From NCBI RefSeq assembly GCF_002113885.1, contig NW_018406690.1:84520-148519 (forward strand): a stretch of 64,000 nt of DNA, read 5' to 3'. The DNA is from Mizuhopecten yessoensis. Taxonomy: Eukaryota. The notes below the pieces were generated by a model, which was given only the letters and a program-made list of their open reading frames with translations, ran no database searches and was not told where the DNA came from. This document shows positions 25,611 through 39,271 of the stretch, piece after piece (position 1 is the stretch's first letter; the number at the start of each line of letters is the position of its first letter). Made by a program: the position numbers and the translations under genes.

Positions 25611-28600
25611 AAGATTCAAGATTTTTTTATTACGCTCTGACACACAAAGTGTGTAACAAGAGGTCAAACAAAATAACATCAATCAAAATAAAACATGACA
25701 GAGAGAGTAGATTACGCATGGACAGATTAAGCATTATTTCATAGACAGATTCAGCATTATTTCTTAGACAGATTCAGCAATATTTCATAGACAGATTCAG
25801 CAATATTTAATAGATAGATTCAGCAATATTTCATAGATAGATTCAGCAATATTTCATAGATAGATTCAGCATTTTCATAGATTCAGTAATATTTCATAGA
25901 TAGATTCAGTAATATTTCATAGATAGATTCAGCAATATTTCACATTGTTTGATGTACATATGTATCAGATGTATTGTTACAAAGTAACAGTAAGGTTATA
26001 CATGAACAGATTCAACATTATTTTCTTACATGTGAAACAGTAAGTTTACACATAATTATTTCATACATGTGAAACAGTAAGATTACACATCCTCATTTCA
26101 TACATGTGAAACAGTAGTATTATACAAGGACAGATTTAGCATTATTTCACACATGTAGATTACATGTGAACAGATTCAGCATTAGTTCACACGAGTGAGA
26201 GTAGATTACACATGAACAGATTCCGCATTAGTTCATGCATGTGACACAGAAGAATATATATGACCAGATTTATCAGCATTAGTCATATATGTATTGGATA
26301 CTCAATTTTCACAGCAAATTATCTTCACTGCCATAATCATAATGCAAAGTATAGTATTTTTGACATACTGATTTATTTCAATTGTTATTTTTTTATAATT
26401 ATTTGCAGTTTTACAAGAAATGTAATAACCCTTTTGATTAATCGTTTATTACATATTGTGAACATTCCTTTCATTTTATCAACATTTGGATTGGTGTAAT
26501 AATATTTTGGAATAAATGTTTCCCTAATCTGGCGTATGGATTCTTGTTGACATTTAAACAAATAATGAAATTCATCTCCTGTTTCATTTCTATTACACAA
26601 AGTACATTCTCTTTCCTCTCGAGGAATTCCCATCCAACGGCCAGTTTCCAGGGGCAGCGGAAAGTTTGACGAGCGAAATTTGCAAAACACAACACGATCC
26701 CTCTTGTTTAATTGAGTTAAGTAATTTTCAAAACCAAAATTAGATTTAAATAATAGATAATTTTGTCCTCTACTACTTTTTTTCGATATCGGCATACCAC
26801 TTTCGAATAAACTGGTCATTAAGCTTTTGTGTTATAACATGTTTAAGTTTTTGTCGTTCTAGAGTAGTCACTTTTTGAGATGTCCAGATATATGTCAACC
26901 CTAGATCATTTAGTGTAGTTTTGATAAAATTTAGCCACTTCGAGTGAAATGCGCCCGTTTCGTGCATTGCATGTATAATATTATATAACTGACTCGATAC
27001 TTTACCATTTTCTGTTATTAGTTTGTACCAAAATAAAATCATTCTATTTTAATAGTATTTTCTAAAGGAAAACGTCCCGATTCTCCATATACCATATAAT
27101 TAGGCGTAGATTTCCTTGAATTGAGAACTTTTTTATAAATTTCAAATGTATCGTTTCCAAGAGGGTAATATTTTCGAATCCCCATATCTCTGACGCGTAT
27201 AACAGTATAGGCAATATTAATGTATCAAAAAGTTCAAACTGTAGGTCTACTGGTAAATTGATATTTCTGATTTTCCTATATAAAGCAAATAATGCTTTCT
27301 GGGCTTGTTCAGCTAGTTTCTTTTTCGCCTTACCAAAGTTCCCAGTATAGTTAAACAATAACCCAAGGTACGAATAAGAATCTATAATTTCAATTTCCTC
27401 TCCGCAAAGCATAAATGTACTATTGATTTTCGATTTTCGTTTGAAAAGACAACTATTTTAGCATTTGTATTAACATGTAATTTCCATATTTTACAATAAT
27501 CGCCGAAGACATCTAAAGCTTTCTGTAGACCCTCGGGCGATTCTGCCAGTACAACAGTGTCATCCGCATATAACAAAATAAACAATTTTAGGTACATTCC
27601 AATACAATTTTGACTAAGATTATCAATATCTTTGAGACATTTTACCTCATTTTTAGACAGGAACTCCTCTAGATCATTCAAGTAGATCGAAAATAAAAAT
27701 GGCGATAAATTTTCCCCTTGTTTTAAACCGATATTGCTCGTGAAGAACTGAGTCTGCTCGTTTCCATTTTTTACACATGACTTAGTATCAGTATATAAGT
27801 TATAGATTACATTTAGTATTTTGCCATTGATATTGCTTCTCAGCATTTTTTCCCAAAGTCCAACCCTCCACACTGTATCAAAGGCTTTTTTAAAGTCAAT
27901 GAATGAACAATATAACTTTTTATTATAGGAGAAATACATTGATATTAGTGTTTGCATTACAAATATATTTTCTGTAGTAGAATAACCTTTCCTAAAGCCA
28001 GCTTGGCTTCCATGAATAAGATTTATTTGATCAGATAATTGATTCAATCTATCATTTAGTATAGATGTAAAAAGTTTTCCCAAACACGATACTAAAGTTA
28101 TTGCTCTATAGTTGTCAAGGTCATTAATGTCGCCCTTGTTTTTGTATATTGGTTTAATTAGCCCCACAGTCCATGACTTAGGTATTATACCAGTATCTAA
28201 TATTGTATTAAATAATTTGACATATATATTTATAAAAGGCTCTAAAGAATATTTTATATGTTCATTCAGGATCTCATCGTTTCCACATGCTTTATTATTA
28301 CTAAGATGTTTAACAGATTTCCTTATCTCTGTCTCAGTTATTGGACCATTTAAAACATGGTCATACATATTTTCATCTAATGAAGGTAACTGAAATTCTT
28401 CCACATCACTGTTATCAGTATTAAGATTTTTTAAATAATTGAAAATTTTATCTATTTTTTAATCTACTTTGATATTTTTCCTCGTACAATCTATTTTGTT
28501 CAAGATATCCCAAAACTTTTTAGGATCACTTTTTGAGGTTTTTCTTATTTCTCCCTCCATTTTTTCTTGGAAGTTTATATAACATTTTTTCATAGTATTA

Positions 28601-28716
28601 CGATATTCTTTACCTTTCCTTTTTAACCTTTTTCTATTCAAATTATTTTTTATCATTTTATAGTTATGCTTAGCGATATTAAACTCGCGTCTTTTCTTGG
28701 CACATTCATGCTATGC
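25611..28716 (-). mobile_element. 5'-truncated LINE (RTE-X-like) with ORF2 broken by a few frameshifts
   Basis: Collinear ORFs 28459-28656, 27382-28404 (NYRAITL, QAGFR, FIDFKKAFD, QGENLSP, YADD), 27062-27412, 26773-27042 and 26385-26819 (ETGRW...CTLC...DEFHYLFKC); tail AATAAA...(TCTTGAA)n. Confidence 0.96.
25720..25945. repeat. ~23-bp minisatellite in the LINE 3' UTR
   Basis: ATAGATTCAGCAATATTTCATAG units, with degenerate continuation to ~26290. Confidence 0.85.
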
Positions 28717-29334
28717 TTACATTTCTTTGATTGCACACGGACAGCTTTGTGGCTACCATATACTTAATTACATCACCCTGGCTAATACACTTAAACACGT
28801 CCTCGATAACTACACTTACACATCTATGACAATCCCCATTACACATCCATGGTACCCACACTTACATGCCAGTGGTGTCTGCACTGAAAGTGCATGATGA
28901 CAGTTTTGAGTCATTGATTAACATACACTGACATTAAAGCGTCTGTGGTTGAAATATTTAATTTGTATACGACCGTGATTTTATTATAACCCCCGATTAC
29001 TTACTCAGGGATGCACTTACCATTAAAATGACATCCAACGTTTCTATTCCTTTTCAACTCTCGTAGTTTTGAGAAGAGTAACGAGATATTGATTTTTTGC
29101 GTTATTACGACTAAGTCGTTAGTGCAGAAAGCCCAGCGCTTCAATCGATGATACAGGTTTTACGGCAATTTTCTGACCTAGCGACGACACAGTCAGGATC
29201 CCAACCATGATATTACTTAGCGAGCATTTCCCCCGGGAATCTCACCCATATTGGTAAACCGCGTCAATGTAATTTCTGTCACTGAATCAAAGCAGTGCAC
29301 GCGTACATAATTGTACGTAGACACGTTGTATTAT

Positions 29335-30915
29335 CAAGAGGCACACTGGGCCTGCATCACTCACCTGTTACACAATCATGATGTACTGCAATCGAACACA
29401 TTTGACATCAGCGACCTTCAAATTTGAACAATACCAAATTGATTTAAACAAACGTGATAAGATGCAAGCTAAGATTACAAGTTAAATACCAATATTCTTA
29501 CAGAATTTTGTTGGAAGATTTGATCTTGTTTTACTCATGGGAATTTCAAAGGTCAAGGTCATTCATTCGAATAAATCGGGGTTATTTGCAACACTGACAA
29601 TCGGTACAGGCTTACTGCTACTAAGTGTACTAGCCCTTAAGGGCCTTAAGAAAAAAGTTGTTTAGTTATTTATATTTGAACTTTCAACCCCTGGGACGAA
29701 GAAGATAATGGATATTAATGCGGAAACATGTGCTTGCCCGTCACACCACATGCAAGTTACAGGCGAATTATCTTACTATACACCTAATGGATCTTTAGGG
29801 GTAATTGTTAAAAATGTTAGTATATAATGTGAACCTTGCTACCATGAAAATGTATCATGGCTATTTAATGAACATAGTAAAGATGTACATGTGAAGAAAA
29901 CTTTGTATTTCTATGCCTTTTTGATATTTAAGACCCTCATTTTAACTTATCTGACCCGTGTGACCTTGAACGTTTCCCGTACTAAATTGTTATGAAAGTT
30001 GGACTGTGCACAAACATGTAACACACTGTCAGTAGACACTTAATCATATGTCGGCGGTCACTCCGTATTTTTCAGTACTTTAATAATATTTAGTAAAAAT
30101 ATAATAATATTAAATGGCGTAGAGGAAAAGAAGTTCTATGCTAGAAATAGAACGAATGGAAAAAAATCTTTAATGTGAAAGTTTGCTGGAGCCCGAGTTT
30201 TATCATGCTTGTCTCGGTTGCCTTAACAAACACTGTAGACATGAAAATATTATTTTTGTCAACAAATTCATGGTAAAAATGTATATTTGCAAGAAGAATG
30301 ACATGGTTAATTGGTATATACCTGGAAAAGTGTTTTTGAACGAAGCGTTTCAGAATTTGGTTTTGGTTTCGACATATATGGCATTAAAGGCATGCTGAAA
30401 ACAGGATGACATAAAACTCACCGTAGCCAAAACAAAAAGTTATCCAGTTTAATCTATCGTTTTGAGATGTATTGCATTCCAATTCAATTGTTTACGATGA
30501 AGGTTATTTAATTGATGATTGACCGCTGTGCCACAGTTCCTTTGAACAAAACGTACGAGCCGTTTACCACAACAGTTTACTGGTCAAACACCTACAATTG
30601 TGTATATCATTACCAAAACATTTGAAAAAATAAATAAATTTGAGCCTTTTACCTTTAACAGATAGGTCAATGTCATTTTAGCACCCAGTGCAAGGAAACT
30701 TACCTGCCAAAAGTGATTTGAGCATTTTCACAACTTGACCCCTGTGACCTTGTAAAATGGTCAAGATCATTTCTGTCCGCAATGTTTTGTTTGCATTCAA
30801 TGCAAGCAATCTGCAACAAACTTGGCGTTTAAGTATTTTTCATAATTGATTGGGAAAAAACCCCCAAAAAACAACAAACAGAAACTGTCCTTTATCAGCA
30901 AGCTTTTAGTCAAAT
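29335..30915 (-). mobile_element. Degenerate HINE
   Basis: CAAGAGGCACACTGGGCCTGCATCACTCACCTG is the reverse complement of the HINE 3' end; recurring GACCC.TGTGACCTTG units. The 5' boundary is uncertain. Confidence 0.55.
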
Positions 30916-31075
30916 ATTATTGCTCTAGGTTTTTCGGAAAGTGCATTTTCGAAATGTCCAATTAATCATAAACCGAGACACATCTTCACAAATCCATACA
31001 TCAATAGTCAATCAAGTGAACTCCGAAAAACTGTGGACCATATCATTGATGGAGAGTGTTATTTGCTAATTGTAG

Positions 31076-31857
31076 AAGAGACAATGACAGTTGTGTTGGT
31101 TAATTATTTGCTGATGGCGATCAGTTGTGGTGCAATGAATATACAGACAATAAAATCACTAAAAAGGTGATATTAAAAAAACGGGGTCTCCACAAATATA
31201 GTGACAATGCTAATGATTTTCGTTTGCTATTTTGGCTATTATTGGTTATATTTCTTATACTGATATGTGCAAAATGTTTGCCAGATTGTCGTAATATTAT
31301 TGCAGACAGCACAGCTAGATTGCATAAGCACGCTGGCCATATGAGTAATAAATATGCGGCTAAAACTTTGAGCGGCGGGATTCTTGATTTGTTTGTTTAT
31401 GTGTATGGGGTGTAATGTTTTCGTAACATGCCTTATAACAATGGCTGCCGAGGGAGACACAGCTGTCTCCTGAAAAGAACGAACAGCAAAGTAAGAAAAG
31501 AGAAGTCGGACATCCCTCAGTGTTGTCATGGGGACAGCCAATTTGTAATTTGTATAATATAGTATAACCTGTCTAAATCGGTCCCTGTCTTATCCGGATC
31601 CCTGTCTAAACTGGCTGTGATTTGCCGAAGATACAATGACAGTTGTGTTGGTTAATTATTCGCTGATGCGGTCAGTTGTGGATTTTTAATATCTACAGAC
31701 GATAAAATCACTAAAAAGGTGATATAAAAAACGGGATCTCCACAAATATAGTGACAATGTTAATGATCTTCGTACACTATTTTGGCTATTATGTGCAAAA
31801 TGTTTGCAAAGTAAGAAAAGAGAAGTCAGACATCCCTCAGTGTTATCATTAGGACAG
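31076..31857. repeat. Local duplication with an internal deletion
   Basis: 31076-31280 plus ~31486-31537 recur fused at 31627-31857. Confidence 0.85.
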
Positions 31858-32129
31858 AAGGTCAGTTTTGGTCCAGCATTGTCCATAGTTTACACTTTCA
31901 TACGTCTGTGTTGCCTTTACCACTTTGCTGTTCACAGATAACTGTGAATAAATTGAGGATATAATATCATAAACTTAACTATCGTTTATTTCTTTGCAAA
32001 TCTAGGTATTAGTGCAGATTTTCTCTGCATCATCATTAAAATGTCTTGTGTAACCCCTCCCCCTTGAATATTAACATTAATAGGTGTATGTATCATGTTG
32101 TGACTGGGAAAGAGTATGTCACCTTACGC

Positions 32130-32410
32130 CTAAGTTCCAACTCTCCACCCTATTGCCAAGGTTACAGATAAAGTTTCAACTCTCCACCTCTATTGTCAAG
32201 GTCACAGCTAAAGTTCTAACTCTCCGCCTCTATTGTCAAGGTCACAGTTAAAGTTCTAACTCTCCGCCTCTATTGTCAATGTCACAGTTAAAGTACCAAC
32301 TCTCCACCCATATTGTCAAGTTCACAGCTTAAGTTTCAACTCTCCATCCATATTGTCAAGGTCACAGCTAAATTTCCAACACGCCATCGCTATTGTCAAG
32401 GTCACAGCTT
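32130..32410. repeat. 40-bp minisatellite, ~7 copies
   Basis: AAAGTTCTAACTCTCCGCCTCTATTGTCAAGGTCACAGCT. Confidence 0.93.
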
Positions 32411-33197
32411 ACGTTGTGTTATAGCATGTGAAAAATGGGTAATCCTTATCATTATTTAACTCTACATTCATAAGACTTTCGACATTCTTTACTGCCCATT
32501 CCCTTACGATATCATTCAAAAGTGTTGTTACAAAGCAACACCATTGGTATGTTACTCCAATGTTATAACAACATAAAAACATAGCTAGTACAAATGTTCG
32601 CTCTAATCATGGTTATGTTAGTAAAGCTATCCGCCGTACTGTTAACATGCTGGTTGTCGTACACCTGACAATGAATCAACATCTATTCGCTGTACACAGA
32701 CGAAAACACAATTAAGTCAATTACATCGTAATGACTACATTCAGACATATTACCATTCTATGTGTATCCCGGTCTCGTCTACATATATGCCAGTTACGTC
32801 CGTTTCATCATCGTATATTTCATACTTTAATAGTTATCTCTTCTTCTTTCTTTGTAAAGGATTTTGTACCGGTACTGTGTAGTCATTTTTTACCAATATC
32901 GTAAAATCGCATGAAATAGTTCACATAGTAGTTCAATTTATTTTATTATTTGACTCTTTAAGAAGTATCTTCCCCGAATGCTACTACATATTTTGCATAA
33001 CCTGAAGTCAAGCCATCTAGCCTTTGCAATGAAACCCCGTGTATCGCTTTAACATCTGTTTATTTCCACATCTTATCCACAGTTTTTCAGTTCCTTTACC
33101 TGCATGTAGTGTTACATAGCTGTAATACACAAGACATGCTTACTGGGACCTTCGGATATTCGTTTTTTAGCGGTAAAATGTATCGACAACGTGTTAT

Positions 33198-33720
33198 GGG
33201 CGGATTAGTGGAGTGGTTAACAATCCGGCCTTCCACGCAGGCGGCCGGGTTTCGATCCCCGAAGTCGTCGTACGCATGGAATATTCATAGAAAGTGTCTT
33301 TCTCCTGCCCACACAACTCCAACAATCCAGGTTGAGTATAAAATGGTCTGGGTAGGATGTTGCGGTATCTGTGCTGTTGCATTCAAGTGAGGTGGCACTA
33401 TAAATGATACCGTTGGAAGCACGCTCCCACTACAAACAGAACACAATACAACTCCAGCACACACGCAGACATACACACATATGGAGGTATTAGCCAGGTG
33501 GCATAGGCATAACACAATACAACTCCAGCACATACGCAGACATACACACATATGGAAGTATTAGCCAGGTGGCATAGGACTAGTAGTTAGCGTCTGATAA
33601 GGCAGCTCATGTGAATTCCTCAAAATATGCTAAATGTATTGATTGTATATCTATGTACTGTAAAGCGCTTTAGGTTATCTACATAGGGCGCTATATCAAT
33701 GGTGTATATTATTTATTATT
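33198..33720 (+). mobile_element. tRNA(Gly-like)-derived SINE, Nin/Deu-type
   Basis: TAGTGGAGTGGTT A box, GCCTTCCA arm and GTTTCGATCCC B box; GTGAGGTGGCACTATAAA central domain; ~68-bp internal duplication; TGTAAAGCGC...GCGCTATAT...(TTA)n tail. Confidence 0.8.
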
Positions 33721-33974
33721 GCGTCAATTTTCTGTAATGTATATTGCGGTTAGAAAATGTTAATAGCTATATCATGTGTGGTTTTGAGTAATGCATTCAG
33801 CGGTAATAAACTGGTCATAAATTGAACTGTTTCGGTTGTATAACCATGAAAACATCATATGTAGACTAATTTACAATAAAGCGTAATCTAAAGCGTGACA
33901 TATAAAAAGTAATTGACAAGTTTCAAATTCCGTGTGTAGCTGGCCTGTTCGAAGAACTACTGATTTTTTACTGA

Positions 33975-34200
33975 GGCTGATATGTACCGTTTCGTTGTTT
34001 AGTGTTTTTGCCCCGAAAAGTCGTGATTTAGAAACTTTTAGTTCTCGTCGTTTCGTCTTTTCGGGGCGAAAAGAATAAGAAGAAAGGTTCGTTATTTTTT
34101 TTTTTTTTAAAAGACGAAATAATGAGAATTTAGATTTGTTGATTCTCGTCTTTTTAGGGCGAAAAAGGCAAAACAACGAAATGGCACAACTATAACTTTT
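33975..34200. mobile_element. Foldback MITE
   Basis: Inverted ends CGTTTCGTTGTTTAGTGTTTTTGCCCCGAAAAG / CTTTTTAGGGCGAAAAAGGCAAAACAACGAAATG. Confidence 0.6.
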
Positions 34201-34828
34201 CATACAAGTGTAGGTGGCTGCGATCTAATTTTAACTATCTTTATCGCCTTGTGAATTTAGTCATTTTCCTATGTAAAGGTTTTCGTTTCAGTCAGATTCA
34301 GATTCTTTATACCCTTGTGCCTTACTACAGATCGAAGGCAAATTAATAAACCTAGTCACCAAACGTCAGTGACATGTAGGTTTTAAATGGGCATTAATGG
34401 ACATCTCGTGCAAATGTTCCACGCACCGCTAACTGTTTTCCTTTATCGATTCAATCGGGAACCGGTTCGTCACTTTCCGTAAACAAGAATCGTTTACGGA
34501 AAGTGCCGACGGTTCCCTATTGGTAGTTAGCGCTATGCTTGACTGGTGGATGTAGTAATCACAACAGTGACGAAAGTACGCGATGCCCTTGCTCCCTGCA
34601 TTAAAATGATAACAATAATAAAAAAAAATGAAGCAAGATCGTCGGTGCTCCCCCTCCCTCAAGTCCTCAGGAAAAACCTTCTCCCCTTTTTGCGGTTTGA
34701 AGGGAACGTAGAACAACATGCAGTCAAGATTGCGGTAAAAACTGAAACGTCATTGACTGTAACGTGTGAATCGTCTGACACCGTTAAGTTGGGGCACATA
34801 TAGTCTGTTACTTTACTTAGCAACATGC

Positions 34829-36634
34829 GTGTCAGACCATTCGCCCCAAAGCCGTAACACCCTAGAATTTGATTCATATTGCCCCAACCATTTCAACCCC
34901 AAAAAACATAGCCCTGAAAATGAATTTCGCCCCAAAAGCTACATCGCCCCAAACTAATGCATTTCGTGAGTGGTATGTAATTTATTTTTTGATATGTCCA
35001 TTCAATTTTTCCGCGAGTTACTACCGTTTAATATATTTTATAATTTAATGTTCTATAAGTTGATTTGAAGCAAAATTGATGCATGATTTAACTTTCCACT
35101 CTACCAGTACACATGTAAAGTTGAATGAAAAGTCAAGGTCGACGCAGATTTCTCGTTTACCGGTTTATTCCCACAATATGTGGAACATAACAAAAAATAC
35201 TTACAAAGACACAATACAATTGATTACATAATGAAACACAGCGCTCACATATATAATTCCCAACATGTACATTCGGTGCATACATATTTGATCCGTTCAC
35301 ACACAATAGGTTATTCAAAATAGGAATAACTTTACAATGACTGACTTCATCATATCAATAGTTGAAATTACTTATACATAATTATATTGAATACAATTAT
35401 CCTTATCAATTAGTGCTTGTTTACATTATCACATACAATATTAAAATACCTACCCCAACTATGGGTCGGGGGTTTACACGAATGAAGATCTGTATCCGTT
35501 CTCAATCGAAAACTATCATCGCTGTAAAAGAGACATGTAAATCACAATTTCACAATTTACATCATGTTGATAAAAACATATATATACATTACTTTAAAAA
35601 GAGCTATCTATGTATCGATTGAATATACATGTACGTTCTACTTATTTTATAAAAAGTAGGTATACAATTTCACAGTATAATTAATGCTACTTTATCCAAA
35701 ATCTCATTAATATAATAAATTAACATAAACCAATTACAGAAGAAGACTTTGTCACATCTATATATGTACATACCAGATCTGGAGAAAGACTTCAAGACTC
35801 AAACTTCTGGATATAAATTACACCCACCCTTTAGCTCTGTCTATGAATGAATACTAAAAACCGCACCAAAACATGTAACAAAGACAACTGGACTGACCAC
35901 TAACGAAAACGAGGTAACACCTATATTTAGAACAATTACCTTATATGGACGTAACAAGGTAAGACAAGTGACATGTGACAACATACATGTGACATTGTTA
36001 CACACATTTAAACATTATGCATTTGTCGACATAATTAAAAAAAAAAATCTGTGTATGGTTATGTTACCACAAGATGTCAGTTACATCACGGACTTAGATT
36101 AGATCTAAGTCCATGGTTACATAAATAAAAGTGTTTCGTTTGAGATTTTATTTATTTACATTAAGCAACCATATCGATTGGTTTATTACCCCGTGAACGT
36201 ACACTGATGGAATAAACAAATTAAGAACAAAAAGAAGAATTTACTGAACCCTATCTACCAAAGGTGATTAAAAACCGGAACATTTTAGTAAAGTTACGGT
36301 GTGGTATACTTTTAAATTGAAAATTGGTAATAAAAAAATAAACAAATTAAAAAAACAAAGTAACACACTTGGGCCATAAGAATACATTACAAACATAGGC
36401 ATTCGTAACAGAAAAATCCCCAGGAATTAGTAACAGTTTTAAAAAATCATGAGTTACCACAGAGTTTAAATATGTCGTTCGAGGCGATATGTACATGTTA
36501 CGAAAAAGAAATTTTGGATCGATATGATTGTTAAACTTGGGACTAAATGAACTGTGATCTGTGGAAATGTGAACAAATTCGGGGCGAAAAGGTTTTGGGC
36601 GTGATGGTTTTGGGACGAATCGTCTGTAATACAC
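34829..36634. mobile_element. Foldback-type MITE with reiterated GCCCCAAA subterminal motifs
   Basis: CAGACCATTCGCCCCAAA... at the left end and ...TTTGGGACGAATCGTCTG at the right end. Confidence 0.65.
35114..36002 (-). mobile_element. Solo LTR, 889 bp
   Basis: TGTAA...TTACA termini; CACA on both sides (35110-35113 and 36003-36006); minus-strand AATAAA ~50 nt from its 3' end. Confidence 0.65.
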
Positions 36635-36824
36635 GTAACGTTTACCGCGATCTTGACTGCGTGTGGTTCAGATACTGTTTCTTCATAAACAGTTTATCTG
36701 CGTACACGTGAATATACTACTTCACAGTATCAAACCATGATCGTTGAATATACATTTTTGTATTATATGTGTTATTTATGATATAATGTAGAGGGTAATG
36801 ATCCTTAATATACTATTGTCTCTA

Positions 36825-36954
36825 GGCGTGAATTTCCCCCGACACCGCGTACTTCCGTGACCATGATAGGCTAGGAAAGTGTGCTTTGACAGGTACCCTG
36901 ACGGTACCCGTCTATGAGTGTTGATGTGTTCGTCACGAAATCACACAACCTAGG
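36825..36954 (+). promoter_or_regulatory. Probable promoter/5' UTR of the PDE7-like gene
   Basis: Locally GC/CpG-richer unique sequence directly upstream of the ATG, with an ETS-like ACTTCCG. Positional inference only. Confidence 0.4.
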
Positions 36955-37101
36955 ATGCACCTTTGCGACATGAGTGTCCTAAACGTGCATTCCATCCCTG
37001 TATTACCACTGGATGTTCAAGTGCCTGCTCAGTTCCTGGCAAGAAGAGGAGGCATTTCGTTTGCTTCCAGTTGTAGTCACTATTTCAGACCAAGGCTTGG
37101 G
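36955..37101 (+). CDS. PDE7: First coding exon of a cAMP-specific phosphodiesterase 7 (PDE7A1-like N-terminus)
   Basis: IPVLPLDVQVPAQFLARRGGISFASS matches human PDE7A1 as recalled (LPVLPLDRPVPQHVLSRRGAISFSSS). Consensus phase-0 donor GGG|GTAAGT at 37102. The start could be 36955 or 36970. Confidence 0.88.
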
Positions 37102-37287
37102 GTAAGTTCCGATGAATATTTCTTTTTTCGTTATTTAAAAATAATGTTATCGTATGTACAAATTTTAATCCCAAACCATGGATAATGCACGAGAGGGACT
37201 AACGTCTCATGTTTTCCAGTTTCGCAATGAATGAAATACGAAAGTTATCTCCCCTGACGTTGAAAACTGATGGGTTAGTCTGTCAAC

Positions 37288-37402
37288 CACAGGAGCCTGA
37301 AGTTTTACAAAAAAAGTACATATAATATTTTTTAAGCATATTATAGGTATTTTTGGGTATTACCGTTATTATTAATTTTTGACAGAACTTCAGGCTCCTG
37401 TG
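37288..37402. mobile_element. Small MITE
   Basis: Perfect inverted ends CACAGGAGCCTGAAGTT / AACTTCAGGCTCCTGTG. Confidence 0.7.
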
Positions 37403-39015
37403 TTAAAACTGGACGATAAAGTTGGACAAAGAGAAACTTTTCTGTAAATTGGAAGTACCCACATCATGCGGCATACTGGAAAACTAAAACATTAAACAAT
37501 ACAACATTGTTTTGAAGAAAACACAATTATATACCCAGTATACGATTGCTGTTCTTTTTAAAATTTATATTCATAAAGTCACAGATTGGCTATTCCATTC
37601 ATAATACATATATATTCTCAGGCCATCTTGTACTTAGCCTTACAGTTGGGTGTTCCTTACAGTTGGGTGTTGTAGTGGTTAAAGATAGCCCACTTACCAT
37701 ATAATAACATTATCATATCAGGTGGCATATTGGTATCCAGACGTTGATTTAGTCCCTATTTCGATTCTTCCTGCCCGAAATAAAACAAAATGGCTTTAGG
37801 CTCTTTATCCCTTACTTTTATAATTTAAGAATGGCATGGTGCCTTAGCTATATATAGGTACACCATTACAATATATTTCTACTGTAGGAATTTATCGGAA
37901 AAAATAAATACTCTATGTAGAAATCTCAAACATAAAGGGATAATTAAGATTTTGATGATAAGCACTTTGCAAAGCCTTAATATGTTTAACCAGAGATGTA
38001 TAAAGCCAGATATTGACAACTGATGTAGATTTTGTAAGAGCACGCATGACAGTATTGTTATTGAAGATCTGTTGCCAGACTGGTGCTGCGGCCCGGCATA
38101 TAGGCAAAATTGGCTTTCTGGGTATTTAATTGATACAAAGTTACAGATTTTCGGTGTAATGGCCCAAAGTAGTTGTGACAATATTTACGTACCGATCACA
38201 ACAAATTCTATGGACTTCAATCAAATTCTAATATAAATCCATATGAATAATGATATATATGAAAGCCAAAATACATGGGTAAAAACGTACATCGTGTTAA
38301 TTACTTATGGTGAGGATAACTAATTGGTGTGTGAAACTGTTACCTGTGATAGCTCATGTGTGATTTCGACAGCGTGTGACATGTCCAGAATGAGGTGTAA
38401 GATTACAACTACCATTACCCATTCACTTTTTACCCTCTACCTGCACCTGCCTCCTTAGATTGACAGTTTGTTGCCGTAAGTTACCTTCACACCTGTAGTG
38501 ATCCCCAGGGGTTACTTGTGTTAGGTACTAATGTCTCATTATAAGCGTTAAAGTGGTCAACTAGAAAACAGATGTTTTTAAGTGTTTAAAATGCTCACTT
38601 GGTTTTCTTTATCAAAGGCTTTGCTTGCTTCAAGGTAGAAAATCATCCTATTTTCTTCGACAATTTTTCTTTGATTTATCAATCTATTTTCAAAATAATT
38701 TATGAGGTCGATATACAAGAAGAACAATATAAAAAATGTGATAGATCATCAAACTGTTTTTAAATAGAACATCTAGAAAAAATGTAGTTTAAAGGACAGA
38801 AAAAATGGTTGTCATTGCTAGCTTCCCATTCTAAAATCATGGCACATTTTTTAGATGACTAAAGTGATATCGTAATTGTTTCAAGAAGTTGAAAATAAAG
38901 AACAAATGCTTTATACTTTGAAGAAAGGTATTACTGTCACATGTTTGAGTGAAATTACACAAAATATGCCCGTTACTGTAGGTGTTGCCGACATAAAAGA
39001 ATTAAGAAATTGTGT

Positions 39016-39271
39016 GGGCAGGTGTGGCACAGTCAATGACGCACTTGCCTTTCATCAATGTAGCTGGGGTTCGATTCCCCAATCAGACGTGAATATAGAT
39101 ATGGGGCCACATGTGCCCCACCTCGTGGGTTTTCTCCAGGTTCTCTGTTTCTTCCAACTTTGAGGCCCCTGTGCGCTAACATCCGGGCCAACATTAAGGC
39201 GGATTGATATATACGTTTAAATAACTTGTTTTATGACTGCTGTAAAGAAAATAAAACTTATCTTTATATTT
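39016..39271 (+). mobile_element. tRNA-derived V-type SINE
   Basis: TGGCACAGT A box and GGTTCGATTCC B box; V-domain-like GTGGGTTTTCTCCAGGTTCTCTGTTTCTTCCAAC; AATAAA tail. Confidence 0.8.

Larger units (their letters stand above)
34711..36669. mobile_element. Outer TIR element of a nested cluster
   Basis: GAACAACATGCAGTCAAGATTGCGGTAAA (34711) is inverted at TTTACCGCGATCTTGACTGCGTGTGGTTC (36641-36669). Confidence 0.7.

Noticed and set aside
27382-28404. 340-aa RT as a retron or host gene
   Set aside because: It is part of a frameshifted, 5'-truncated LINE ORF2 with a typical tail.
33198-33270. Functional tRNA genes here and at 8132 and 39016
   Set aside because: Acceptor stems are degenerate and the sequences continue into SINE bodies.
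12798-37101. Functional KCNE-PDE7 cluster for cAMP control of K+ current
   Set aside because: Adjacency at 24 kb is not evidence of linkage in a eukaryote; conserved synteny would be needed.
37102-37185. 3' part of ORF 36955-37185
   Set aside because: Read-through into the intron past the GTAAGT donor.
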